A DNA stretch of 64,000 nucleotides from Eledone cirrhosa (GCA_964016885.1 OZ024751.1:49290001-49354000); one strand, 5' to 3'. Shown: positions 28,440 to 43,129, numbered from the stretch's first letter. The notes: generated by a model from the letters alone, not told the origin. Translations and numbers: made by a program.

Positions 28440-28624
28440 GGGCGGTGGATTGGCAGTATCAGTAGAGGGTCGGACGCCATGCTTTCCAGCATAGTTACGT
28501 CCCTTTACAATCTGAGTTCAAATCCCGCCGAGGTTGACTTTGCCTTTTATCCTTACGGGGTCGATAAAATAAAGTACCAGTAATGCACTGGATAATTGCT
28601 TGCCTTGTGCCTAAAGTAGAAACA
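28440..28624 (+). mobile_element. tRNA-derived SINE, family 1, with 19-bp TSD
   Basis: attaattaaaatatgaatt at 28421-28439 and 28625-28643. Confidence 0.92.
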
Positions 28625-28966
28625 ATTAATTAAAATATGAATTATTATTTGGAATGTCTGTTTGCACACTCCACCATTCTCCTGTGAAATGCGTTTTCCT
28701 ATCTGCCGCTGGAAACACAAGGCCTTGAACTCCCGTTGTCTTTCACGGCAGAGAGCCATGTCCGCATCGTCCGTTGGGTGTAGCAATGTTTTAAACCAAT
28801 GGTTTAGACTTTCGGAATATTAGCACGTAGAAGAGAGGTGATCGTATTAGAAGAAAGCTGGCAATATCTTTATCATCTTCATAACTATAAAAACCTAGAA
28901 AGACAAAACAAATAGCGCCAAGCATCTTTTCTTTTTCCCTAACGAATATACCAAAGAAGCGACTGA

Positions 28967-29021
<55 letters not shown>

Positions 29022-29070
29022 TTGTATGTGTGTGTATATATTTATATATATGTGTGTGCATATATCTATA

Positions 29071-29107
<37 letters not shown>

Positions 29108-29109
<2 letters not shown>

Positions 29110-29796
29110 TGTTATGCTTTGGGAGGGTCATGTTAATAATAAGAAACACACGCACCAGTTGCTTTCACTTCAATTTATTATAAATTAAATTTAGGGATTC
29201 ATAAATTTCCAGTTTGTTGGTTGATTCCACAACCAGACGATTGTTCATATATTGACAAAGTTCTTTCGTCACACACCCTGTGACCTCTTCAGTGACTGGG
29301 GATTCTTTTCTTAATTGTAAGTAGTGATGTTGCTATTCCATTCATATTTTCTATTTAATAGAAAACATGAATGGAATAGCAACATCACAACTTACAAATA
29401 AGGACAAAATGAAAACACACACAAACATAGAACAAACAACCAACCAGTAACATGTAAATAAACAAATAAATAAACAAATATAAACACTACAGACACCCGG
29501 ATGTAACGCATGCGCAAACTAAGCACACAACACACACAACAATAAGATGGCGTAGGACAGAACAAAGGAGAGGCACAAACACAAAGAAAAGAATCCCCAG
29601 TCACTGAAGAGGTCACACACTGTGTGACGAAAGACCTTTGACAATATATGAACAATCGTCTGGTTGTGGAACCAACCAACCTACCGGAAATGTATAAATT
29701 CCTAAATTTATAAATTTAATTTATAATAAATTGAAGTGAAAGCAGCTGGTGCGTGTGTTTCTTATTGGCAACATGACCCTCCCAAAGTATAACAAT
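29108..29796. mobile_element. Penelope-like foldback with ~205-bp inverted arms, each carrying an atypical hammerhead-like motif
   Basis: Arms at 29108-29312 and 29584-29796. Plus-arm motif gtca-CTGAAGA-g-gtcacaca c tgtgtgac-GAAAG-ac-CTT-tgac at 29600-29642. An extra internal hairpin lies at 29316-29396. Confidence 0.7.
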
Positions 29797-29895
29797 ATCG
29801 ATTTCAACACACGTTTTCAGATAAAGAATCTTGCTAAACAAATTCAGAAACGAAATAAATATATATATATATATATATATAATTTATATAGAAAA

Positions 29896-29993
29896 GCTTC
29901 TACAGGACTAGAGCTGTTTCATTCGTGTGAAATCATCAGGAAGCACTTCCTGATGATTTCTCACTAATGAAACAGTTCTAGTCCTGTAGAAGC
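29896..29993. ncRNA. Back-to-back type I hammerhead motifs (minus 29896-29944, plus 29946-29992) in a pLTR-like element (29886-30080)
   Basis: Minus: gcttc-CTGATGA-t ttc acac gaa t-GAAACAG ctctagtc CTGTA-gaagc. The plus copy is the same with stem II substitutions. The tail is duplicated at 30260-30322. Confidence 0.8.
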
Positions 29994-30073
29994 TTTTCTA
30001 TATTAAACATTTATACTCTGCTATGTATTGAGTACCTTACTTACTGTGGTTACCCCCGATTGAACCCGGAATA

Positions 30074-30174
<101 letters not shown>

Positions 30175-30764
30175 CATATATGTACGTGTGTGTGGAGGGG
30201 TATATACAAGTATGTGATTGTATATATGTATATGTTTGTATATTTATTCATACACACATACTCTGATATGTATTGAGTACCTTACTTACTGTGATTACCC
30301 CCGATTGAACCCGGAATAACACATATACATACATATATATATATATATAGTATATATAGTATATATATATACATGAACATGCATGTGTGTATGTGTGTAT
30401 GTGCGTATATATTACATATATAAGTATACGTATGAGCAGGAAAAAGTTTGCATTCAATTACAAGAATCATCCATCCATTAATTTATGAGGTTGTACTTCA
30501 CGGTACTGGATCTCTCCCTTACATGTGACAGATTACATGTCATAGATCAATGATCCCGACGATGATTTGTTTCCGATCACACTCTACATATACTCACAGT
30601 CGAGGTTTCAACGCACTAAGATAAACATGCTACCAATAAATTGATATTTAACTAATTAGAAATACTCGAGCTACTTCACACATCTTTAGTGACTCTAAAG
30701 AAAAGTAAGTAGATTTTTAGTTTGGTAACTTGGTAGATTAATCATTCGTCTACTATAAATGGAC

Positions 30765-30975
30765 ACAAACACACACCTGCTGGCTCACACACACAAACTC
30801 ACTGACTCACACACACACACACACACACACCTGCTGGCTCACACACAAACTCACTGACTCACACACACACACACAAACACACACCTGCTGGCTCACACAC
30901 ACAAACTCACTGACTCACACACACACACACACACCTGCTGGCTCACACACAAACTCACTGACTCACACACACACA
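30765..30975. repeat. Minisatellite, ~53-58 bp x4
   Basis: cctgctggctcacacac..aaactcactgactc(ac)n occurs four times. Confidence 0.9.
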
Positions 30976-31066
30976 TACACAAATACACAGGTACTCATAT
31001 TCACGCTTACCCACTTATCAAGTCACCTCCATCAACTAACACAATTACTAACTCATTCATTATTTA

Positions 31067-31222
31067 TTGGACGCCATGCTTTCTAGCATAGTTACGTCCC
31101 TTTACGGTATGAGTTCAAATCCCGTCGAGGTTAACTTTGCCTTTCATCCTTATGGGGTCGATACAATAAAGTACCAGTAATGTACTGGGTAATTGCTGGC
31201 CTTGTACCAAAAGGGGAAACAT
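31067..31222 (+). mobile_element. 5'-truncated family 1 SINE
   Basis: ggacgccatgcttt...gagttcaaatccc...gtaccagtaatgtactggg. Confidence 0.85.
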
Positions 31223-31588
31223 TTAATTATTTACTAGTAGTGTTTCTCTCTCTTCTATCTCTCCCCCCTCTCTATCTCTCTCTCTCTATTTCTCCCTCTC
31301 TCTCTATATATATATATATAGATAAGTTTCTTTTATTTGCCACTAGGGCATCAAAAGTGGGACAAGTACAAAGGGGGGAGTTTACACAAAAAGGCGTCCT
31401 CAATAAGGAGGAGGCAATAACAAAATATAAAAATAAAATAAGATATAACAAAAAATAAAATTTTTAACAAAATCCTCAATAGAGAGGAGGCGCCTTGGGG
31501 GGTTGCACACACCCCCGAAAAAAGTGTGCAACCCTTTTCCTCAGGAGCACAGAGAGGGGGTGCTCCCTCGTTCCTTCCTCTTTTCCAC

Positions 31589-34500
31589 CTACAGGCTTAT
31601 GTAAAGAGAAGGCCCATTCACACGGGCCATTCTCGCCACTTTCACCCACCTTTCATAAAAACGACTGGGGTGCAGCACCTCTCTCTCCATCCTGATCCTT
31701 CTTCCGAAATGATATCGGAAGAAACGGACCAGTTGTTGGCCAGACGCGTCCACCATACAACCTCTTTCGCCATGGCTATTACGCACAGAAACACCGCCTC
31801 TGCTTCATCTTTGAAGGGGGGAGGCGGCTTGATCATTACAATAGACTCGGTGGTCAACCGGATCGGTCCCACCCTTGACAGCAGTTGTTCGACATAGCCC
31901 CACAGATCGGCTACGCCCGAGCAGTGTACCAATGCGTGTGCAACGGTTTCCTCGTCGCACACGCATCTGGGACAGATCTTTTTGGCGGGGTCCCTACCCG
32001 GGCGCCCGTGTCTGTAGAGCCTTTCTCGAACGGGTAAAGCCCCTCGGTAGCACTGCCAGGCCAGGGACTTCTGGAAGTTGTCCATAGGTCCCGGGCTGAA
32101 TGTCCTACCGAACAGGCTGGCCAGTTCGTCCTCCTCCATGTCTAGGGCTTCTCCGAGGGCGTCGTCGCACCTGCTGCGTACCAGCCCTCTATAGAATGTA
32201 GCGGTGGAGTCTCCACTGATAACCGGATCCGCCTGCCAGAGGGCGGTGAGCGCCTGGGCACACTCAGTGTGCCAGGCGCCCAGTTTTCTCGGTCTTTGCT
32301 TGACCCAGGATTGCAGTTCGGTGAGTGAGACGAGTCTGGGAAAGGTTCGTCTCACAAACGAGGCCCACACCGGTTGTCCGGTGAGGAATACGTAGAGGTG
32401 CCGTAGCCTTAATGCGTGTTTACGCATCATTAGCCACGGCATCCCCAGCCCTCCTTTCGAAGGGTGTTGACAGCAGATGGATCTCCTCACCATAGGAGCC
32501 CGCCCCTTCCAAAGGAGTTGGAAGAGCGCGCGCTCCATCTTGGTGAGGGTTTCCCTTGGGCAGGGCACTACGGTCAGGCGGTAGTAGATGACGGACGCTA
32601 TATAAGTGTTCGCCACCTCCGCCCGACCTTTCAGGGATAGTTTGCAACTGGCCCACTTCTGGGTCAGTGCAAACACCCTGTTCGTAACCTCCGCCCAGTT
32701 TTTCTCCACCTGGAGGTCCGGTCCGAACCAGACCCCGAGCAACTTCACCGGGCCCTCCGTCCAGCGTCCGACGACGCCATCGGAGGGCATCGGTCTGCCC
32801 CTCCACGTGCCGAGTTGCAAACCGATCGACTTGTCCCGGTTCAGCTTAGCCCCTGTGAACTTTTCGTACTCCTCCAGTAAGGTGCCGACCGCCTCGATTT
32901 CGGAGGCCGTCGACACCATTACTGTCACATCATCGGCGTAGGCTGACACCGCTTTCCGCAATCCCGGTTCCAAAGGGATGCCCTGCAACAACTCCAACTT
33001 CCGCAGTAGTGGCTCGAGAGTCAACACATACAGAAGGGAGGAGAGAGGGCACCCTTGTCGGATGGACCGCGCGATTTTGAACGGCTCCGAGAGGTAGCCG
33101 TTCACCTTGACCCTAGAGCAGATGCGGCTGCTGTGCATAGCAGTGATCCAGCCCCTGAAAACGGGTCCGAAGCCTGCCGCCGCTAGCACCGCATCCAGGT
33201 AACCATGGTCGACCCTATCGAACGCCTTAGATTGATCCAAGTTGATCAGAGCCCCACCAAAGCCGGGTTCGTTCCCAACCCTCTCTATGATGTATCGCAT
33301 GAGGTGGAGGTTGTCATGGATGGACCTGGACGGGATAGCGCATGTCTGCGCATCTCCCACCAGGTTGCCCACGACAAGCGCCAACCTCTTTGCTAGCACC
33401 TTGGCCAAAATCTGTAACTCTGTATTTAGCAGAGTTATGGGCCTGAAGTTACTTATTTCGTCCCCCTTGTTCTCGTCCTTCCTCACTAGCGTGACTACGC
33501 CCTTGGTCACAGTACAGGGAATTCTCCCGTTCTGTTGCCAGTTGCAGTAGACCGCCTCGAGGAGATCGGGGAACAAGTCCGGCATAGCTAGATATAATTC
33601 GTAAGGAAGACCATCGAGACCCGGGGATTTGCGTTTGCCGCATTGGCCCAGCACGTCCTCTATCTCAGCGGCCGAAATCGGCTCCTCGCAAGACTTCGCC
33701 TCCCTGTCCGAGAGGCGCGGCAGGCCGTCGAGGTATGGACCGAAGTCCACGTTTCCAACCGGCTCCCCGCCCCTCCCGAACAGTCGGGCAAAGTGCCTTT
33801 GAAAGGCCTCACACATCTGCTTAGGCTCAAGAATCGCCCGTCCATCCAGGTCTCGCAAAGACCGGATGGTGGATTTAGTTCCACTGTTGGCCTCTGTCAC
33901 GCGGGCCCAGCTAACAGCTTTGGCCCCCTCGTTCCCTAGAGCACGTATTTTACTTCGGACAACGCAGCCTTCGTGCTTCGCGTCGAAAAACTGGCTCAAA
34001 GCCGTTCTCGACGCTAGCACTCTGGCCACGTCGCCGCTTCTAATTGCCTCTTCTACTCTATCTATTAGCTCCCTTTCCTTCCTATTCCTATCCGCAGCTA
34101 GAACCTTACTAAATTCAATCGAGACTACTCTAATCTCTCTCTTTAGAGATACCCACCACCTGCTGTTGACGATCGCTCCAGTCAACCGTTCCTTAACTAA
34201 CGTACTAATCCGATTCCTGTAGGCTCTACTTGCCGGCAAGGACAAGTTGAGCTTCCAGTAACCGGGGCCCTGTCTATGCGTTCTATCAAGGTTGACCATG
34301 CAGGTCACCAACTTGTGGTCTGAATAGCCAACCATGAGCATTTCTGGACAACTTAAAAAGTCCCTGTCCTTATTTCTAACTAAAAATCTATCTAGGTACG
34401 ATCTAGATGATCCGCTGCGATTTGACCAAGACCAGGTTGGCACCGTCGGAAAATCTAGTCGAAATCTATCGGCCAGGTCAAATCGGCCGAGTAACCCCTT

Positions 34501-34995
34501 GAGGCTGTTGCACCCCTCTCTATCGGGACATGCCCCTGCATAGTCCCAACGTGCATCCAGGATACCATTCCAATCCCCCACTAAAAGCAGGGAACGGGAC
34601 GTCCCTAGAAAAGACTCCAGACGCTGGAAAAAGTCGGGCCGCTCTGTCCCAAAAGGGGCATATGCGGCTATCAGCCTAAGGGCTCTACCTTCACCACTGC
34701 CAAGGTCCAGCACCACCAGTCGACCCCCTGGGTCCAAGTGAACTATCTGTGTTGCAAGGCCCATATGTTTTTGCAGCAGAACGACAACCCCACCCCCACC
34801 TCCGGGCTGACAGAGAGATGCGTGCATCTCAAAGTCGTCAAAGGTGGGGGCTAGCTGTCGCATGCTGCTGATCCGGGCCTCGCAGATAACCATCACATTT
34901 ATAGATTGTGACCTGAGGTCATTTAGAAGCATTGCTTGCTTCCAAGACGAGCCCAGGCCACGCGCATTTAGACACCCTACTCTTAGCACAGCCAT
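31589..34995 (-). CDS. LINE ORF2: apurinic-like endonuclease, reverse transcriptase and CCHC zinc finger (frameshift near 31740)
   Basis: APE motifs CLNARGL, CEARI, GDWN, LDRFL, SDH. RT motifs KSPGLDG, RPITLLN, QGCPLS, YADD. Zinc finger CPRC...HALVHC. First ATG at 34995; the true C-terminus continues in the 31589..31786 frame. Confidence 0.95.
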
Positions 34996-35019
34996 GTTGG
35001 TGGTAAAGAGAAAAGGCAC

Positions 35020-36662
35020 TTACCTCTCTGCGTCCCGGGAAACGGGCCGCTCAATTTCCATGCTGGTTGGGGATGGGTTGTTGGGTGGGGTTGTGGTTTG
35101 TGGAAGTGAAGGGGCATCGGTGTGTTGTGGGGTTGGGGTGTTTGTCGTTGAGTGGGTGTCTGGGTGAGGTGGGGGGGTGAAATTTTTTAGGAGGACGCGG
35201 TTGATTGGTTTGGCGCAGGGGGGGCCCACGTCCTCCGTGAAATTTATTTTCAGTGTTTTGTACAAGTGCATTGGGACTTTTATCATTTTCAAATGAGGTA
35301 GTCCCACAGCAGTTATAAAGTTTGGCCCTTCGGTTTGGACCGAAGGGTTTGCTGAAATTGTTTTCCGTAATTCTTTGTTGTCTGTGTTCATGTATGTGTA
35401 TTGTAATGTCTTTTTTTGTGTAGCAGTTAGTGTTGTGTGACAGGGAGGGGTGGTTTGTGTGTAGTTTGTGTTCTCTTGGGGGGGATTAAAGTTAACATGT
35501 GTGTCTGTGGTGCGTCTCCTCTTCTTTCTTTTTACTTGTTGGAAGGGATCTTTTTCGTCTTGCGACGAAAGAGGTTCGTCTTCCTTGTTGGGTGGGAGGG
35601 GTATGTTTTCTGGTAGTGTTTGCGGTGTGCGTGTTTTTGTATTTGTTTTGGGTGGGGAGGGATTGGGTGGGACAGTATTCTGTGTTATTTTTTCACGTGT
35701 TTGTTGTTGTTGTTGTTGTGGTGGTGGTGGTGGGGTTGTTGGTTTTTGTTGTTGTTGTGGTTGTTTTTGTTGTTGTAGTTGGGGTGGTGTTGGTGTTGGT
35801 AGCAGTGTTTTTTTCTGTGTGAGCTGGGGACAGGCAGCCCTCAGGTGACCTCTATTGCCACAGAGGTAACAGGAGGGACGCCTACCCTCCACAATAATGT
35901 TGAGGTGGGTACGGTCATCCAGCATGACGCGCTCAGGGATTTGGGCGATGCGTTCTGGCCTTATTTGGGTCAGAACTTCGATGCTCGTTCCACTGAACGC
36001 GTCGCCGGATGCCTTCCCTATTGAGATGAGGTTGTCCTCGTCTAAATTGAGGAAACCGGTTAGTAACCACCAGTAGTTTATGTTTGGGGTGATGGTGGTT
36101 ATCCATATCCTCTGGGTTTTTTTACCCATGTAGGTAAGGAAGAAGGTGTAGTGTGTGGACCGAATTGGCGACACAGAGTATTTTTTTGCCGCCAATTCGT
36201 CTTTCATCAATATGGATAAACTCCCATAGAGTTTATCCTTTTGTATGAAAGTGATGTCTCTCATCGCGTCTTTCAAGACTAACTGAGTTTCCGCTTGAGA
36301 TGGTTGCGCTGGTTTCTTTGTTTTATTTAAAATTGTTCGGAATACGACAGTTCGTAATTCCGTCTGTCTTTTTAGCTCCGGAGGTGAATGTATAGAAAAC
36401 GATCCGTTTTCGCCAAAAGACACATATTTCTTGGCTTTTTCCAGCATTTCTTTTGCTTTTGAAATATCTTCCAGCACATAAGCGACTGATAATTTAGCCG
36501 TTTGTGCAAAAGATATTTTGTTTTCGTTTTGGATATTAGTATTGTTTTGTTTCTCGTCGTTTGAGTTGTTTTCATCTTTGTTGTTGTTGTTGTCTTTCTC
36601 GTTTCGTGTGTGGATACTTGTGACGTTTGTGTTGTTGTTGTTTTTGTTGTCTTTATTGTTGC

Positions 36663-36693
<31 letters not shown>

Positions 36694-36870
36694 GTTTTCA
36701 AATTCTTGTGTAGTTGTGGCTACATCTAGTGGTCGGTCAACAGGTGAAGACAATTCTTCCTCTCTCTGACCTCTGCCTTTGGCATCTGCTGCTGTGACAG
36801 TGGCAGGGGGAAGCTGTGAGTATGACTTCCCCTTTCCTTCTTTGATTGATGGTGAAGATGATTCAGCCAT
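35020..36870 (-). CDS. LINE ORF1 (gag-like nucleic acid-binding protein with CCHC zinc knuckle)
   Basis: Open frame of ~616 aa from ATG 36870, with CYLCGNRGHLRAAC, a basic KRKKRRR patch and N-, Q- and P-rich low-complexity tracts. Lies directly upstream of ORF2. Confidence 0.9.
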
Positions 36871-38017
36871 TTTTCTCAAAATAGGGTTTTTCGAAGTTTT
36901 TCGAAAGATAAAATGTTCACAATACTATTTCGCCCAAAGGCGCAGAATATTTTGAGAGACCGACCAGATCAAAATTTGACCTGGCAGTCCCTCTACAAAA
37001 TGATACAAAAATGAAAGTTTACAGTTTACAATTTCCGTATGAATTTAAACAAAAACTTACCGAGCGAGCTCAGCACATGTGTCCATCAGATAGAGAGATA
37101 GATATAGATAGATAGATAGATAGATAAAGAGAGAAAGATATACATATATATATATATATATGTATATCTTTCTCTCTTTATCTATCTATCTATCTATCAA
37201 TGTATCTATCTATTTATCTATCTATCTATCTGCCTAACTACCTACCTACCTACCTACCCACCTACCTATCTATATATATATCTACATCTCTATCTACCTA
37301 TCTATCTATCTACTCACCCATATATTGGAATGTAACTCGCCATTCACCCATCCACAACCACTAAACAACAACAAACAGCAGGTAACTATCTACAAAACGA
37401 CAACACTACTCATTACACAACACAACCTCATCACACAACAAACAATCACCAATCACACCAAACTACCAAAACAAAAAAAACACCCCGCCACACATCACAA
37501 ACGGTCACCACTATCACACACCTCACCACCTAACGGCAGGGCAAGCCACCAAACAACACTCCAACACCTATAACAGCTACGTCCTCAGCACTAAACAACA
37601 ACAACAACAACAACAACGACGACGACGACATGCTCCTTCAGAAAAACGACATCACGACCAACCACAATACACCGCCGCCAATCACAACGTAAGAGTCACA
37701 AAACAACCCACGCCCCGCCTAGCCAACTGATCGTAACCAAATACAATATCGTAATTTCTCCGCACCCACAGTCTCACATCTTTCAGACAATGCCTATAAA
37801 TCAGTGAGGGAGAAACACGCCTCCTTTCACAGATAAACTTCTTTTCTCCAACTTTCTATATTCTTATAATCTAAAGATTAAATGGCGCGTGAAATGTTCC
37901 AATTGTTTTTACAGACTGTCGGTATCTCTGAAATACAGGCAGAGGAAATATAGAGATTCGGGTAACAAGTAGTCTATCTTACTTCATTGACCAAATTAAG
38001 TACTTTGTTTCCGTATC

Positions 38018-38058
<41 letters not shown>

Positions 38059-38112
38059 GGGGAGACAGAGGTAGAGAGAGAGGGAGAGAGAGAGAGAAAT
38101 AGAGACAGATAC

Positions 38113-38145
<33 letters not shown>

Positions 38146-38171
38146 GATATACATGTATACATATATATTCT

Positions 38172-38271
<100 letters not shown>

Positions 38272-38363
38272 GATATACATATATATAAATATACATGTAC
38301 GCATATATATTTATATATACATATATATCACACACACACATATATTTATATATATATATATAT

Positions 38364-38424
<61 letters not shown>

Positions 38425-41400
38425 AAACAAAATAAAGCGCAATTTAACTTGTGTAAATGAAGTAATATACGTTTAATTTTCTTAATGAGGTATATATAAA
38501 TAACAACTGGCATTGGTTGTAGTCAAATATTTCATTGTAGCATTAACAATACGTTACACCATACGTACACGGCGACTGCTTCCGTTTCGTTGGTCCCTCA
38601 ACTGTCGTTTTACTCCGTCTTTCAAAAGAGTCCCATGAGGTGGATTGGCTGATGTAGTGAGTATCGCTGGCTATTTTCTGTTGCTATGAGAAACAGAGGG
38701 ATGGAGAGTGAGGTAGAGAGAAACAAAAGGAACTTGTATGATAGAAAGGGCGAGCGAGAGAACGTAAGAGTCAGGGACGGCTTCTATACGCTAGATTGCT
38801 TGCCAGACGCAAAAGGCCGAACCCCAGCCAAAACCTCAAAATGCAATAGGTAGGCCTAATCCACCCCTATATATCCCTAGCAGAGTCCACTCTGTAGCAA
38901 GTACTCTGGGCGTTGTCACCAAATTGAGGATCTTTCCATCCTCTCCATCCACTAGTCCCGGACACCCTGAAATATTAAACGTATATTCGTGTATCCCTTT
39001 AATTTTGGGGTAAGCAGTAATAAAATGCTATAAAGAAAACCGATCATATACATTCTGCATATCCACAATACGGGATAGTCACGGTTGGTATGCCTTTGAT
39101 CAGAGGTCTGCTCGGTCATGAATGATTTGATGATAAACTATGTAACTAAGACAAGAAAAAAAGCCATGCTTTGAATAGGTTATTATCAGCTGTGAACATC
39201 CGTTCTAATGGAGAATAAGAGAGAAAGGCCAAAATAAATAAGAAAGATTGTTAATTCAGTGAACAATTGCGCTGTATAAGGAGTCTTTTCAGAGAGGGAC
39301 ACACAAAGTCTTATAGTTAACCTCTTCAACTCTTCTACCAATACACTCAATGTGGTAAAAGAAACATTACTGTTGTCGTCGACGTTGTAGTCGTTGTTGT
39401 TTTTTTTTGTTATTAGTGGTGGTGATGGTCTTGGTGGCGGTGGTGTTGTTGGTGGTGGTGGTGGTGGTGGCGTTGGTGATGGTGGTGGTGATGGTGGTGT
39501 TGGTGTCGTTGGTGGTGGTGGTGGTGGTGGTGGTGGGGTGGCGCTGGTGTTGGTGATGGTGGTGGTAGTGGTAGTGGTGTTGGTGGCGCTGGTGTTATTG
39601 GTGGTGGCGTTGGTGGCGTTGGTGGTGGTGGCCGTGATGGTGGTGCTGGTGGTGCTGGTGGTGTTTGTGTCGTTGGTGGTGACGTTGGTGGTGGTGGTGG
39701 TGGTGGTGGTAGTGGTGGTGGTGGTGGTGCTGGTGTTTGTGTCGTTGGTGGTGACGTTGGTGGTGGTGGTGGTGTTGGTGGTGGTGGTGATGCTGGTAGT
39801 GGTGGTGATGTTGGTGTTGGTGTTGGTGGTAGATGTTGGTGGTATTGGTAATGGTGTTGGTGGTGATGGCTGTGGCGATGGCGGTGGTGGTCGAGTTGGT
39901 GATGTTAGGGTTGCTGATTCCTACTGTTAGTGATGGCGTTGGTGGTGTTGATAGTTGTGTTGGTGATGGTGTTGGTGGTGGAAGATATGGTGTTGTTAGG
40001 GGTGGTGAGTCCTATAGCCTTTGGTTGGGATGTTAATGGTGTTGTTGGTGGCTTTGATGGTGGAGGTGGTGGTGGTGGTGGTGTTGTTGTTGTTGTTGTT
40101 GGTGGTGGTGGTGTTGGCAACTACGAAGACTGTCGTTTTAGATATTTTTCATTTTATGTTGTTTTCTTGTGATCTTTGTCACGATATTTAGCTTTTACGT
40201 GTTCGCTAATGTTCTTGCTGGACCTAGATTGCGTAAAAGTTTATTATTCACTTAACTTAGTTTAACTACTCCACCTTTTTTCTTTTTATTTCTTTTCCTC
40301 CTTTCCTGCTTTCTCGCTTTATGAAGTAATTACATTTTCGTTTCCCTCCAAACAAAAACAAAAACCAAACCATCGTCTTCGTTTTCTTTGACAATTGGCG
40401 CGTTGTACTAAACACTACCTTGCTTGATATGAGTGTAGTTCTTGCTTTCTATCCCATATTTTGACTCGACTAGTCTCATTCTTTTATCAACATACACAGT
40501 GTTTCTTGGAAAATATCGTAGGCAAATGTGTCAACAAGTAATTCAGCTGTAAATATTTACCCCTAATATGATGTTTACTCAGCTGTAGAAATGAATTGCG
40601 ATCCTGCCAAATAAATGGGTGGCAGTAGTTCCAGCTGCACGCATCGAAAGACTGGTGTAGTGGTTCTGACAACAATGTAGCTTTGCAGGTGATCAATACA
40701 AATTGAAAATGGAAAGGCGCTCCCCCTCGATTAGAAGGGAACTATTGACCTTCAGGAGAAGCAGCGACCCCTGATTGTATCCAGCAACCGAAACAAATAT
40801 GAGGTACACCAAATCCAGTGCTCCTAGGGGCGGACCTGGTTCTTCTTATTTGCGAGTGTAAACTCCGCCATATTAGACCAGATTAGATTAGATGATGTAT
40901 TTAGACTTAAGCATCAAGGAACTGTATCCCAGCGCTTATGTAGTCCCCCATAGCATGTTGGTGTATCCATTATTCCATTGTTATACAACAAAGAAGTTAC
41001 AAACTCAACGAAATTTGTACGCCAAGCACTTGATTTGTATCAGCAGTAAACAGCAAAATAATGATTATGCATTTTAGTAGAGTCTATAGATATATAGACA
41101 AACACTAGCAGCATGTCATCAACCAAACCAACACAAATTCCAGATAGGGTGGTAGCGAAGGTGATTAGGCTGCTGACGTTATATTACAAGGTATCTCCAC
41201 ATCACTGAGGAGGTGACTCTCGCTTTGGGTTTAATATTCGAGTGACGGGAAATAAAACACACTCTCTAAAAGCTGTATTATATGCCACCTTCCTCATTCG
41301 CTCTCAAACCTCAAAACGATTTAACATAACTATATATAAATATGTGTTTAGAGAAAACAATGTGTGCATATTTTAAATGAAAGGGTCTCCCCAAAGAGGA

Positions 41401-41591
41401 TTTAGTAGTAAAGCGAGAAACAAAAACACATGACATAATGTAGACAGAAATAATAGCGAAAGCCAGTTCCTATACTCCACATTTACTTTAGATAATCAAA
41501 TATGATTAATTTAGGAACACTGCCCTGTAAAATTGCCAAAACTTCCTTATTTTCCTTCGCTGGGCAAAAGGAGGTCACTTCATATATAAAT

Positions 41592-41664
<73 letters not shown>

Positions 41665-42487
41665 TACGTATATATATATATATACATGTATAAATGCACA
41701 CACACATATATCTTTATATATCTATGTATATGCTTTTTTGTATGTGTGTGTGTGTGTGTGTGTGTACGTGCGCGTGCGTAGCCAGAGTTCCCAAAATAAG
41801 AAAAATCGCTTTCAATATACACATAACTAATTTATTTTGATTCGTATAAAGGAAAAGTATTCGCCTGGTAAAATTACGTGATCACAATCAATGTTTCCCA
41901 TCCACTTCTCCAGGCGTTATATTACAAAGTGTCTGAACGAGTTGAGCCGAAAATATTTCAATAAAAATATATAATTTAAAGTCCGGATTAAATGTTTACT
42001 TGTTTCGCATACTTAGAAATCAAGTTCGATATTTATGTCCTAAAATCTCATTTGGTATTTGGTGAAATTGATTTAGAGAAAAGTTCGAGATGATAGGTTT
42101 GTATGCGGCTAGATTAGATATATTTCCTTTTGTTCATGAATATGGCAATGTATTATAAACAACAATTGTAAAATGATATACTGAGGAAATAGTAATAGTT
42201 TGAGTGACTATGAGCATACGCGATAATTTGTGATATGGATTTTGTACGTCTACCCGAGTAAAATATATATCTGGGGGTTTGTTTCCGTAAAAAGAACAAG
42301 TATTTTTAGGGAGGAAAACTACTAAAAACCTTATTTCTGCAGTTTGGTTATTCGTTTGAAATTTTTCAGCCTTGCAGAATTCTATAATTTTCGGAAAAAT
42401 GTTGCTGTAAAAATTATTTCCAGAGGTTGATTGAGCAGATGGGATCGTCCCTCTTTACGTTATTTTTCCATTCTTTGACCTACTTTG

Positions 42488-42534
<47 letters not shown>

Positions 42535-43089
42535 GCGCGCGCGCACGCACACACACACGTGTGTATATATAGGTATATATGTATATTTTATTCTCCCTTT
42601 GAAACAAATTAAAGTATTTATATACCCACCCGTCGCCAACACCAGTAACATAATAGTAGCCTTACTAAAACTATCTCTTCCACCATTATCACAGCTACCG
42701 CTACAATCGTGTCTATCACTCGCCAAAACTTGTAGCTTTCGCTGTCCCCTACAACTGCCCACATCATTTCAACTAACGCAATGTTATACAAGCCAACCCC
42801 TTTGACACACACTGGTTAAAATCTGCATTAGTGGTTAATAGAAGATTATCGATATGAAAGAAATCAAATTAAAGCGGTCACGTGTTTAGATAGTATCCGG
42901 TGTTCGATGCGAAGAAGAAAGACAGATTTCTAGGAGTCTGTCTTTAAGATGGTTGCTTCGTTTTCAAATATGATTACCGCGGATGAGTGATAGTGTTTTT
43001 AGACGAAAGATTGATTACGGAAATCTTGTTATAGTGATAGAGAGGAAAGTTAAATGGGAAGAGAAAGAAAAAGGAGTGTGTGAGGCTTA

Positions 43090-43129
<40 letters not shown>

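Larger units (their letters stand above)
31326..37087 (-). mobile_element. Near full-length L1/Tx1-clade non-LTR retrotransposon
   Basis: 5' UTR, ORF1, 24-nt spacer, ORF2 and a 3' UTR ending gtggcaaataaaagaaa. GC-rich relative to its flanks and bounded by (TA)n and (GATA)n. Confidence 0.95.

Noticed and set aside
31875-36769. Plus-strand and alternative-frame ORFs overlapping the LINE
   Set aside because: Shadow ORFs of GC-rich or low-complexity LINE coding sequence.
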